Below are positions 1 to 7,912 of a stretch of 31,304 nucleotides of DNA, one piece after another. Origin of the DNA: an uncultured Peptococcaceae bacterium (GTDB taxonomy: Bacteria > Bacillota > Desulfotomaculia > Desulfotomaculales > Desulfocucumaceae); the NCBI GenBank assembly GCA_964448915.1, contig CAYUXS010000001.1:34940-66243 (forward strand), given 5' to 3'. Position 1 is the first letter of the stretch. Each line of letters starts with the position of its first letter. Both the position numbers and the translations under genes were made by a program. The notes beneath the pieces were generated by a model. It did no database searches and was not told the origin of the DNA. It worked only from the letters and a program-made list of their open reading frames with translations.

Positions 1-2
1 GT

Positions 3-359
3 GCGTATTTTTACCTGGTCTTATTTGCCACATTAATGATGATTATAGGTGGAAGCGTCAGTGCCTTTATGGCCATTGCGGACATAGTATACCCGGCGCC
101 TTACTACCAGTCTTTTGATGAGTATAAGAATATGATTGAGACTAAAGATTTCAAAGATCCCAATAATACTGGAGATACTGGTGATACTAAGCTTTCCGAA
201 GAAGAGCTGCAAGAAAAGTATAACGCTATGGTAGCCTCGGAAAAGGAAAGACAAATTAATAGAGCCAAAAACACACTAATCAAAAGTTTTGGCTGGATAA
301 TAATTCCCTTACCGGTATTCCTTTATTTTAGAAAATTCCTGGCCAAAAAAGAAGCTTAA
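3..359 (+). CDS. Conserved hypothetical membrane protein, 5' end probably outside the window
   Basis: Frame 3 is open from base 3 (AYFYLVLFATLMMIIGGSVSAF...). Hydrophobic N- and C-terminal segments flank a charged linker. TAA at 357-359 is followed by a terminator. Confidence 0.75.
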   Translation, partial: AYFYLVLFATLMMIIGGSVSAFMAIADIVYPAPYYQSFDEYKNMIETKDFKDPNNTGDTGDTKLSEEELQEKYNAMVASEKERQINRAKNTLIKSFGWIIIPLPVFLYFRKFLAKKEA

Positions 360-375
360 CTTTAATTATAATTGT

Positions 376-411
376 AAAAAACGTGTGAATGATATCATTC
401 ACACGTTTTTT
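376..411. terminator. Bidirectional intrinsic terminator
   Basis: Perfect 36-bp palindrome AAAAAACGTGTGAATGAT|ATCATTCACACGTTTTTT between convergent genes. Confidence 0.9.
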
Positions 412-441
412 CTTAGTTGACTGTTACGGCCTGCTGCCGAT

Positions 442-591
442 TTAATCAAACCTGGGGGGCATAATTTCATCTACCCAGTCAACTATTCGCTCTTTTAAAC
501 TCTTTCTTTTTTTTACCCTTCCATCCCGCAAAACTGAAGTTTTTTCAATTGGGTTATTTTTAAAGGGGTTAACTTTTTCAGTCTTAACCAT
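442..591 (-). CDS. Unannotated 49-aa small protein MVKTEKVNPFKNNPIEKTSVLRDGRVKKRKSLKERIVDWVDEIMPPRFD
   Basis: ATG at 591-589 preceded by GAGGAGG. Lies just downstream of the symporter stop and ends before the terminator. Translated by hand. Confidence 0.65.
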   Translation of the reverse strand: MVKTEKVNPFKNNPIEKTSVLRDGRVKKRKSLKERIVDWVDEIMPPRFD

Positions 592-626
592 GATGCAACC
601 CTCCTCTTCCTTCACCCTGCTAACTT

Positions 627-2126
627 CTAGTATTCTCCTGACAGCACTTGTTCTTCAGTTGGGGTTTCATAGATTATCTCGTGGTTGGGTTTATCTCTTT
701 TTTGAGTCATTAAGCTGACCGGCACCATAACCAACAAGGAGGCAACCGGAGGTATTAAAGTATCTAAACCTGCCAAATGCTCCGGTATGGCGAAATAAAG
801 GATCAAACGGAGTATGGAACCGGTCAAAACACCAGCCAATGCTCCTGATGTATTGGCTTTTTTCCAGAATAAACCCAATGTCAAGGGAATAAAACCACCG
901 GCAAAAACCACGTCAAACGCCAGTACCAATAATACACCCGGTTCCGGCCTGATATATGCGAAGATAATTGCAATTATCATCACCGGGACTCCCGCCAACC
1001 GGGTTGCGTTTAACAGCCACTGGTCGAATTTTTCTCTTTCCTCTTCCCCCATTTTCTTCAACTTATTGGCAAAGACATTTCTTTGAAGAATGTTTCTTGA
1101 TAAAACCGCGCTTACAGCCAACAATCCCCCGCTGGCGGTAGAAGCGCCTGCGCCGATAACACCGGCTAAAATAAACAATCCAAAAATAAACGGTACAGCT
1201 TCGGTTGCTATTTGCGGCAGGATATTCCTTACATCAGCTATTTCCGGGAAAAGTGACAGGCCCATTAATCCAAGCATTGAAGCACTGATACCGATTATGA
1301 CTGTAAAGAGTGCGCCAATAAAACAACCTTTCTGGGCTACTTCAGGGGTTTCAGCACAAAATACCCTTTCCATAAAATCCAAAGCAACCACATCACCAAA
1401 AGCCAGTGCCAAAAGGGATGCCCAAAAGGTGAGTGCTCCATGTTCCAATGAAATGATACCGGTTAAGTTCACAAAGTCAGCCGGTATTGAAGCAGCAAAA
1501 AAGTCCCAGCCATGCTTATTAATCAACCAAATCACACCGCCGGCAAAAGCGGCAATTGCCGGGTACAGTTGTATAACGTTTGTTGTAACACTGGCAAATA
1601 TCCCGCCTGTAACGGTGTAGGCAAAAACTATCAAAGCCATTACCAGCATACCCTCAACAAAATTGACCGGGAATACCCAGGAAGCTATCCAACCTACACC
1701 CGCAATATTACCGGCAACCAAAATAATGTAGCTGATAATCATCAAAATACTTATTAATAATTCAACATTCTTCCCATACCTTCTGAAATAAAAATCCGGC
1801 AAAGTGATCAAATGCATCCTATTTAAAGGTTTGGCATAAAACAGACCGGTTACAATAAGACACGCAGTTAATCCCAAAGGAAACACAAATCCCGGCCAAA
1901 AACCGTTTAAATATGCTTGAGACGAACTGCCCAGTGTAGAGTTGGCGTCAACAGCTTGGGCCATGAGCATTGTACCAACCAATACCAATGGGAGGCTCTT
2001 ACCTGCAACAATAAACTTTTTACCGCTTCTTCCCACAAAAATCATCGAAGCAATACCAACAGATGCATAAATTAAAACAATGATAGCTAAACCTATTTGC
2101 ATTCCAAGAGTAATACCTTGTCCCAC
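627..2126 (-). CDS. Sodium:solute symporter (SSS/SLC5) family transporter, choline/urea-like branch; substrate unknown
   Basis: 499 aa with many hydrophobic helices and SSS-type motifs (FIVAGKSLP, TLPDFYFRRYG, YTVTGG). GTG start with upstream AAGGAG. Confidence 0.85.
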   Translation of the reverse strand: MGQGITLGMQIGLAIIVLIYASVGIASMIFVGRSGKKFIVAGKSLPLVLVGTMLMAQAVDANSTLGSSSQAYLNGFWPGFVFPLGLTACLIVTGLFYAKPLNRMHLITLPDFYFRRYGKNVELLISILMIISYIILVAGNIAGVGWIASWVFPVNFVEGMLVMALIVFAYTVTGGIFASVTTNVIQLYPAIAAFAGGVIWLINKHGWDFFAASIPADFVNLTGIISLEHGALTFWASLLALAFGDVVALDFMERVFCAETPEVAQKGCFIGALFTVIIGISASMLGLMGLSLFPEIADVRNILPQIATEAVPFIFGLFILAGVIGAGASTASGGLLAVSAVLSRNILQRNVFANKLKKMGEEEREKFDQWLLNATRLAGVPVMIIAIIFAYIRPEPGVLLVLAFDVVFAGGFIPLTLGLFWKKANTSGALAGVLTGSILRLILYFAIPEHLAGLDTLIPPVASLLVMVPVSLMTQKRDKPNHEIIYETPTEEQVLSGEY

Positions 2127-2152
2127 CTTCTCATTCTCCTTTTCCTTGCATT

Positions 2153-2192
2153 TTTACGAAACAGAATTCTTATTTACGGAACATAATTCTTA
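2153..2192. repeat. Tandem 20-bp imperfect direct repeat in the symporter leader
   Basis: TTTACGAAACAGAATTCTTA followed by TTTACGGAACATAATTCTTA, 18/20 identical. Confidence 0.8.
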
Positions 2193-2318
2193 GCAAAACA
2201 TTTAGATTTCTTGAAATATCCCTCCTTGCCGTTAACATGCTGTTAAGTTTTAAAGTTCGACAAAAACACCCTTGTTTTTACCCTTAAATATTCTACATTA
2301 ATAAAAATAAGTGTAATA

Positions 2319-2357
2319 TTAGGAGATTCCTTATTTTCCAGATAGGAAAAAACCCTA
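2319..2357. promoter_or_regulatory. Candidate NarL/LuxR-type operator upstream of the symporter
   Basis: TTAGGAGATTCCTTA (2319-2333) and TAGGAAAAAACCCTA (2343-2357) resemble the palindrome TAAGGATGATCCTTA at 4544-4558. Confidence 0.45.
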
Positions 2358-2418
2358 GGTTTTTTTCAAAACAGCACTTAATTATAAGCCGAAGGTATCC
2401 TAAACCGGTTATAAGCAC

Positions 2419-2440
2419 AAAAAAAGCCCCTGCGGGCTTT
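2419..2440 (-). terminator. Intrinsic terminator of the two-component operon
   Basis: On the minus strand AAAGCCC-GCAG-GGGCTTT followed by a T run, ~40 bp after the response regulator stop. Confidence 0.85.
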
Positions 2441-2478
2441 CATATAACAACCTAAGAATCGTTATTTAATAGAAGGCT

Positions 2479-3120
2479 TTAATATATTGAAGTAAGTCCT
2501 TCCCGGATAGCATATTTAATTATATCTGCCAGGTTTGACATGCCAAGTTTATTATAAATTTGGCTCCTGTGCACTTCTACTGTTTTTTTGCTGATATTCA
2601 AACAAGCAGCGATTTCACCTACTGTTTTTCCTTCTGCAATTAACTGCAATACTTCCCTTTCTCTTGCCGAGATAACTTCATTGGTTATCCCTGAATTTTT
2701 AATGTTCCCCACAAAATCATTAACAATGGTTTTTGACATATCCAGGCACAGGTAAAATTCATTGTCCATCACGGTATTAACGGCTTGAACCAACTCTTCA
2801 AACGCAGAATTCTTTAAAACATAACCGGATGCTCCTGCCTTAATCATCTTTTCCAATGACCACCTGTCAGAGCAGATAGATAATGAAATTACTTTAATAT
2901 TTGGATTTTCTGCAGTAATTTTCCGGGTAGCTTCAATACCGTTTAAAACCGGCAGGCCGATATCCATTATGATTACATCAGGCTTAAGCTCCCTTGCCAA
3001 GTTAACCGCGCTGACACCATCCTCGGCTTCGGCAATTATTTCTATATCAGGTTGCTTCTCAAGAAGGGAACGAAGGCCATCCCGGATAATTTTATGATCG
3101 TCAACCAATATTATCTTCAT
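2479..3120 (-). CDS. NarL/FixJ (LuxR-HTH) response regulator
   Basis: Receiver domain (LVDDH, DVIIMD, GYVLK) plus LuxR HTH (SAREREVLQLIAEGKT...ISKKTVEVHRSQIYNKL). Confidence 0.95.
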   Translation of the reverse strand: MKIILVDDHKIIRDGLRSLLEKQPDIEIIAEAEDGVSAVNLARELKPDVIIMDIGLPVLNGIEATRKITAENPNIKVISLSICSDRWSLEKMIKAGASGYVLKNSAFEELVQAVNTVMDNEFYLCLDMSKTIVNDFVGNIKNSGITNEVISAREREVLQLIAEGKTVGEIAACLNISKKTVEVHRSQIYNKLGMSNLADIIKYAIREGLTSIY

Positions 3121-3123
3121 AAA

Positions 3124-4488
3124 TCACACCTCGTTACTGATAAATTCTAAAGGGACTTCTATAGTCACAGTTGTGCCGCAACCTTTTTTTGATTCAATTT
3201 TCATATTCCCACCAAGATACTGCACTCCTTCACTGATGCTGAAAAGCCCAAAACCACCGGTTTCATCAAATTTAAAACCCTTTGACTGGGGAGCATTAAA
3301 ACCAATTCCATTATCTTTGACAATAATTCTAAGAATTTTATTTATTTTGCTTATTTTCACCAAAACGTGATCGGCTTTTGAATGTTTTACCACATTGTTG
3401 AGCAGTTCCCTGACTGCCCTTAAAAGCAATATCCGGGCATTTTTATTAACAGATTTGAGATGCCGTTCATTTTCAACTTTTACACGAACTCCATAATCTT
3501 TAGAAAACTGGCGGCAAATCCATTCCAAGGCTTCTGTAAATTCAATATCCGTATGGGTAGGCAGGTTCAACTTGAACGTTAGCCCTTGTATATATTTTAT
3601 AGCTTGATTAACAAAATTTTTTATTTGTTCGATATTATCTTTATCCTCATCTGAAGTTACTGATTCCCCCAATAGGCCCAGCTTTATTTTGACAACTGAC
3701 AAGGACTGCCCTATATAATCGTGTATTTCAGTAGCAATAAGGCTGCGTTCATTTTCTTGGACTTTGGATAACTCGGTACCCAGTGCTCTAAGGTTCTTTT
3801 GATATACACGGGTTTGTCTTTCCCATTCTTTTCTCTCGCTGACTAAAAGAATGCAGATGAATATGCTTATTATTGCAGTTAACAGGCCGGTAAAAACAGA
3901 ATACATCTGTAAATCAGCACTTTTTTGAACATCTTTTTTAGCATGTTCGACAATAAAGCTTTTCCTGCTATCAACAAAATCCTCCAAAATATTTTGAAGC
4001 TGGTTTCTAATCTGGGTATACTCGCCTTTATAAATTAATACCGCTTCTTCCGGTGATGTAGCCGCTTTGCTTATCATTTGGGATTCAAGTTCAAACAGCC
4101 TTTTATTTAATTTGTCAACTTCATTAAAGGTTTGGATACTGCCCGGTTCAATTTCTTTAATCTTTAATATAGAATCATTTATTTTATCATGATATTCATA
4201 ATAAACCTGCAAATCCTTCCGGCTTGAAGGGTTAATGATCAAACCCCTCACTGCATCCGTTAATGTTAAATCCTGAAATTGGATATCTTTTGCCAATATT
4301 AGAATTTCAATATCTTTGTTGGCCAACTGTTCAAGCATGCCAACCGTAAAATTTAAACCGTTAAAAGTTATTAAAATGGACGCAATAAATAAAATAATTA
4401 TTAAGCCTAAACCTAATATATACCTGTTGTTCCGTAACAACCGCAACCCCTCCGATGAAAAAATGCGCCTTTTAGTTATTGTTTTCAC
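3124..4488 (-). CDS. HisKA_3-type membrane sensor histidine kinase
   Basis: Two TM segments around a helical extracytoplasmic domain. H-box EIHDYIGQSL; HATPase motifs ELLNNVVKHS, DNGIGF, GFGL. Confidence 0.92.
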   Translation of the reverse strand: MKTITKRRIFSSEGLRLLRNNRYILGLGLIIILFIASILITFNGLNFTVGMLEQLANKDIEILILAKDIQFQDLTLTDAVRGLIINPSSRKDLQVYYEYHDKINDSILKIKEIEPGSIQTFNEVDKLNKRLFELESQMISKAATSPEEAVLIYKGEYTQIRNQLQNILEDFVDSRKSFIVEHAKKDVQKSADLQMYSVFTGLLTAIISIFICILLVSERKEWERQTRVYQKNLRALGTELSKVQENERSLIATEIHDYIGQSLSVVKIKLGLLGESVTSDEDKDNIEQIKNFVNQAIKYIQGLTFKLNLPTHTDIEFTEALEWICRQFSKDYGVRVKVENERHLKSVNKNARILLLRAVRELLNNVVKHSKADHVLVKISKINKILRIIVKDNGIGFNAPQSKGFKFDETGGFGLFSISEGVQYLGGNMKIESKKGCGTTVTIEVPLEFISNEV

Positions 4489-4543
4489 ATGCCCATTCTT
4501 AGTTTATTATTGAAATCTTAACATAATAAAAGAACTCGATATA

Positions 4544-4602
4544 TAAGGATGATCCTTAGTAAATGCCCCCCAGATCCTTAGTTAAAAGATTTAAAACCCT
4601 TA
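4544..4602. promoter_or_regulatory. Candidate response-regulator operator array
   Basis: Perfect palindrome TAAGGAT-G-ATCCTTA (4544-4558). CCTTA half-sites end at 4558, 4580 and 4602, a 22-bp period. GATCCTTAGT occurs at 4551-4560 and 4573-4582. Confidence 0.55.
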
Positions 4603-4830
4603 TTTTTGCAATTATTATCCTTTATTTTATTCGCAATAACAGCTATAATGGTAATAAGCAAACAATTAGCCAATAAACAACATATTATAATCAAGTAATT
4701 CTTAAATCAATTAACTCTTTTTGGTATTAGGTTAAAAAACTACGGTACATTTTGGATCATCTTCCGAAGTTATTGAAGGCTTACAATCTTATTCAGTTTA
4801 AGTTAATAATAACAAAGGAGTTGATGTCTA

Positions 4831-5034
4831 TTGAATTTTTGGCAAAAAGTATGTATTGTAGTTGGTGTTATTGGAACTGTACTTATTTTTTTAGCGTTTC
4901 CGGTTAAAGTTCAAGTTATCGGGTCAACATATACTCATTTCCCCGCCACATTACTAAGGGCTGTGGCAGTGGCTTCATGTACCGCCGCTTTTACTACCCT
5001 GCTTGGGATTATTCCAAGGAACAATAATATTTAA
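4831..5034 (+). CDS. Small two-helix membrane protein of unknown function (67 aa)
   Basis: AAAGGAG upstream of a TTG start, two hydrophobic stretches, own terminator downstream. Confidence 0.55.
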   Translation: MNFWQKVCIVVGVIGTVLIFLAFPVKVQVIGSTYTHFPATLLRAVAVASCTAAFTTLLGIIPRNNNI

Positions 5035-5057
5035 TTAAATTTTTGAGTATTTGCCGG

Positions 5058-5095
5058 GGAAGCTCCCTGCTTTATTTAGCCGGGGCTTCCTTTTT
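5058..5095 (+). terminator. Intrinsic terminator
   Basis: GGAAGCTCC...GGGGCTTCC followed by TTTTT. Confidence 0.7.
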
Positions 5096-5295
5096 GCTTT
5101 CATCTATTCCAGAAGCGGGTATTAACCAGTTGTAAAGCAAAAAGAAAATATACTAATACTAAAGCAAAAAATAAATAGGTCCTTTTATTATATAAAATAG
5201 TGTCAATTGGTGTTTGAAAAATAAGAATTTTCCCGATACTGAAAAAATAAGGAATTGGGTATAATGAAGCTGTCCAATAATAACACCTTTTTTTT

Positions 5296-5317
5296 AGCCC
5301 GACAGGGCTTTTTTTTT
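5296..5317 (+). terminator. Orphan plus-strand intrinsic terminator
   Basis: AGCCC-GACA-GGGCT followed by a long T run. Confidence 0.7.
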
Positions 5318-5327
5318 GCCAATTAGC

Positions 5328-5368
5328 AAATAAATAACCCCTCCCAATTTAGGAGGGGTTATTTATTT
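5328..5368. terminator. Long hairpin or bidirectional terminator
   Basis: Perfect 17-bp stem AAATAAATAACCCCTCC / GGAGGGGTTATTTATTT with a 7-nt loop. Confidence 0.75.
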
Positions 5369-5684
5369 GGTTTCTTATGAGGTAAGGTATGCTGTTAGGT
5401 ATGGTTAAATTTAAAAAATGAAATCAAGGTAAATTGATCTTTCCAACAATTGCCGCACAATAACACTCTGTTAATAAATAACCATTGCAAGCCTATTAAT
5501 GTAAGGTTTAGATTTTGTATGACTTTATTATGTCTAGCATTATACATATATAATGTCATAATGTCAAGCAAACTGGGATAAAAAAACGATTGCAGTGTTA
5601 GCAAATATTGCATCCCCTGTGCCCTTCAACTTTTCGCAGTATTTGCATAGTATACTGAAGTGTATTTTAAGAGGAGGGTTATTT

Positions 5685-6473
5685 TTGATAAGAGAGATTA
5701 CCATACTGCCCGGTCTTGATAAGAGCGGGAATAAGGAGTCATTTGAGGAAATTACATTATCCCTCGGAGACACAATTTCAATTGTCGGCCCAACAGGAAG
5801 CGGCAAAACCGCATTTATTAATGACATTGAACTGTTGGCCCAAGGAGACACTGTTACAAAACGGACTGTCTTAATAAATGGGCAAAAACCATCTGATGAA
5901 ATGAGAGAAAATCCTTCATCTAAACCTATCGCTATGATTACGCAAAATACTAAATGCTTTGCCGACCTCTCGACAGAAGAATTCCTAAAAATACATGCTC
6001 GTGCACGTGGTATTAAAGATACCGGGATTATCATGGAAACAATCGAACTGGCAAATAAATTTACCGGTGAGGCTATTATGCCTGAGTCAAGGGTAACAGT
6101 CCTTTCCGGAGGGCAGACCCGCTCTCTTTTGGTCGCAGATGCGATTTTAATTGGCTCTTCTCCTATTATTCTCCTTGATGAAATAGAGAATGCCGGCATT
6201 TTTAAACAGGAAGTTATAAAGTTAATACAATCTACAGGCAAAATTGTAATTTTTGTGACTCATGAGCCGGTGATTGCACTTCTGACAAAACAACGAATCA
6301 TCATGAAAAACGGTTCGGTTAAAAAAATAATTTCCCGGAGCGATTCGGAAACCAAAGCTGCCAATAACCTGATAGAACTTGATAAAAATGTTTGTTTAAT
6401 TCGAGAACTTTTAAGGGCTGGCAAGATCATAACACACGAAACAATATCCGGATTCGCTTTGGGAGGGGTGTGA
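5685..6473 (+). CDS. Soluble ABC-type ATPase with no permease partner
   Basis: Walker A GPTGSGKT, Q-loop ITQ, signature LSGGQ, Walker B ILLDE, H-loop VTHE. Likely start is TTG 5685 after GAGGAGG, rather than the track start 5595. Confidence 0.88.
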   Translation: MIREITILPGLDKSGNKESFEEITLSLGDTISIVGPTGSGKTAFINDIELLAQGDTVTKRTVLINGQKPSDEMRENPSSKPIAMITQNTKCFADLSTEEFLKIHARARGIKDTGIIMETIELANKFTGEAIMPESRVTVLSGGQTRSLLVADAILIGSSPIILLDEIENAGIFKQEVIKLIQSTGKIVIFVTHEPVIALLTKQRIIMKNGSVKKIISRSDSETKAANNLIELDKNVCLIRELLRAGKIITHETISGFALGGV

Positions 6474-6475
6474 AT

Positions 6476-7186
6476 ATGAAACTGGTAGTAATTGCAGGGC
6501 CTCCTTCTGCCGGGAAAACAGCCCTAATAAGGCAGGTTGTTAAAGAACTCAAAACAGAGTTTAAAATAGCCTTCCTGAAAATAGATGTTGTTAAAGCCTA
6601 TGAAGATATAGAGTTAAAAAAAGAATTCAATATTTTAACTAAAAAAATATATTCCGGGGATCTATGCCCGGACCATGCCGGGGTAATGATTACGTCTGAT
6701 GCCATTGAATGGGCTGAAGAAAATTTATGCGATTTATTGATTATCGAAAGTGCCGGCCTTTGCCTGCGCTGCTCGCCCTATATTAACCAGGGGCTTGGCA
6801 TTGCAGTATTAAGTTCAATCTCCGGGATTCATGCCCCGGAAAAAATGGGGCCGATGATCAGCCTTGCAGATGTTGTTGTTGTTACAAAAATCGATTTGGT
6901 CAGCCAGGCCGAGCGTGAAGTACTAATTCAAAAAATTAAGGAAACAAACCAAAATGCTATTTTAATAGAAACTAACGCTTTACAGGGAACAGCATTACAA
7001 AGGTTATACAGATTAATCAAAAACTCCGAGGAAATTGATGAGAGTAATCTTTATCTAAAAGGCAACCCGCCTCTGGGTACCTGTACCATATGTATCGGCA
7101 AAAAAGAAATTGGTTGGAAGCATCATTTTGGAGTAGTTCGAAAGTTAGACGGTGATGTGGCAGAATACTTATACCGGGGTGAATAA
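6476..7186 (+). CDS. HypB/UreG/CobW-like (SIMIBI G3E) GTPase, Cys-rich
   Basis: Walker A GPPSAGKT, G3-like ESAG, G4 TKID. Cys motifs LCPDH, CLRC, CTIC. ATG 6476 after GGGAGGGG, 2 nt after the ATPase stop. Confidence 0.85.
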   Translation: MKLVVIAGPPSAGKTALIRQVVKELKTEFKIAFLKIDVVKAYEDIELKKEFNILTKKIYSGDLCPDHAGVMITSDAIEWAEENLCDLLIIESAGLCLRCSPYINQGLGIAVLSSISGIHAPEKMGPMISLADVVVVTKIDLVSQAEREVLIQKIKETNQNAILIETNALQGTALQRLYRLIKNSEEIDESNLYLKGNPPLGTCTICIGKKEIGWKHHFGVVRKLDGDVAEYLYRGE

Positions 7187-7187
7187 G

Positions 7188-7829
7188 ATGTTGACAAATA
7201 CTTGGAACCCTCCGGGGAAAAATTGTGGCTTGTGTGGTGAGAACAGCTGTACTGATTTTATAAATACTGTCAATAGCAACCAAAAAACATATCATGACTG
7301 CCCGTTTTATAATAGCCGTACGATCAAAAAAGACACCCCTCTTATGGAAGCTGTTTACTTGGGTTCAGATGTATTGGGGCATAGTTATGATTTCGTATTG
7401 GCTCCTTTACAAGGAGAAATTTCAGCGAGGAAAATAGTCTTGCCATTTCGATCGGACTTAGTGGAAAAGATGGAGATAAAGAAAGGGGATATTGTTGTAG
7501 GCAGGCCAATGGGAGCGGGCTGTCCTATCCCACACACCTTGCAGGTTATCGAAGCTGACTACATAACGGGGCTTCTTTATACTTGGGTCGTAGGGCCCAA
7601 ATTTTCGAGAGGCAGCGAAGTTAAAGACCTTGTTGCCTACCATATGATTGGTTTTGAGGGAATTGCATCTCGAATTGTTCATGAGCCGGTTTTAGGCAGC
7701 AGGGTTACATTTTTACCGGGTTTTTGTATGATGAATTTAAACCACACCGGCGTAGTAAACATGTCTTTACAAAAAAAATCCGGGCTTCACGTTCGAATAG
7801 AAGACATTCGCATCCTGGCAAAAGCTTAA
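7188..7829 (+). CDS. Fe-S cluster-binding protein of unknown function
   Basis: N-terminal PGKNCGLCGENSC...CP (FeS domain type of RnfB/AcsC), plus PMGAGCP and PGFCM. ATG 7188 lies 1 nt after the GTPase stop. Confidence 0.8.
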   Translation: MLTNTWNPPGKNCGLCGENSCTDFINTVNSNQKTYHDCPFYNSRTIKKDTPLMEAVYLGSDVLGHSYDFVLAPLQGEISARKIVLPFRSDLVEKMEIKKGDIVVGRPMGAGCPIPHTLQVIEADYITGLLYTWVVGPKFSRGSEVKDLVAYHMIGFEGIASRIVHEPVLGSRVTFLPGFCMMNLNHTGVVNMSLQKKSGLHVRIEDIRILAKA

Positions 7830-7832
7830 CCC

Positions 7833-7910
7833 AATAGAACAGGGGACGGTTCTCCAATATAACAGGGGACGGTTCTCGATATATAACATATAACAGGGGA
7901 CGGTTCCTTG
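7833..7910 (+). repeat. REP-like repeat array (3 copies) downstream of the transposase
   Basis: AACAGGGGACGGTTC(TC) at 7838-7854, 7861-7877 and 7892-7906. The third copy can fold with the following CTTGTT. Confidence 0.9.
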
Positions 7911-7912
7911 TT

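Noticed and set aside
414-485. 10-bp inverted repeat TAGTTGACTG / CAGTCAACTA
   Set aside because: Arms are 52 nt apart and one lies within the small ORF. A few such matches are expected by chance in 31 kb.
5264-5326. Phe-rich leader peptide MKLSNNNTFFLARQGFFFAN (attenuator)
   Set aside because: The Phe codons are simply the T runs flanking the terminator, the ORF runs through the terminator instead of ending before it, and downstream genes are unrelated to Phe.
5517-5545. NikR operator (GTATGA...TTATAC) upstream of the HypB-like gene
   Set aside because: Spacer is 17 nt rather than the 16 nt of the E. coli site, with one mismatch, in very AT-rich DNA.
5395-5613. 72-aa minus-strand ORF in the intergenic region
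   Set aside because: No RBS, no recognisable motif, and it overlaps the likely promoter region of the ATPase gene.
7833-7910. CRISPR mini-array
   Set aside because: Repeats are 15-17 bp with only 6- and 14-nt gaps, there are no cas genes, and inverted copies flank a transposase, which fits REPs.
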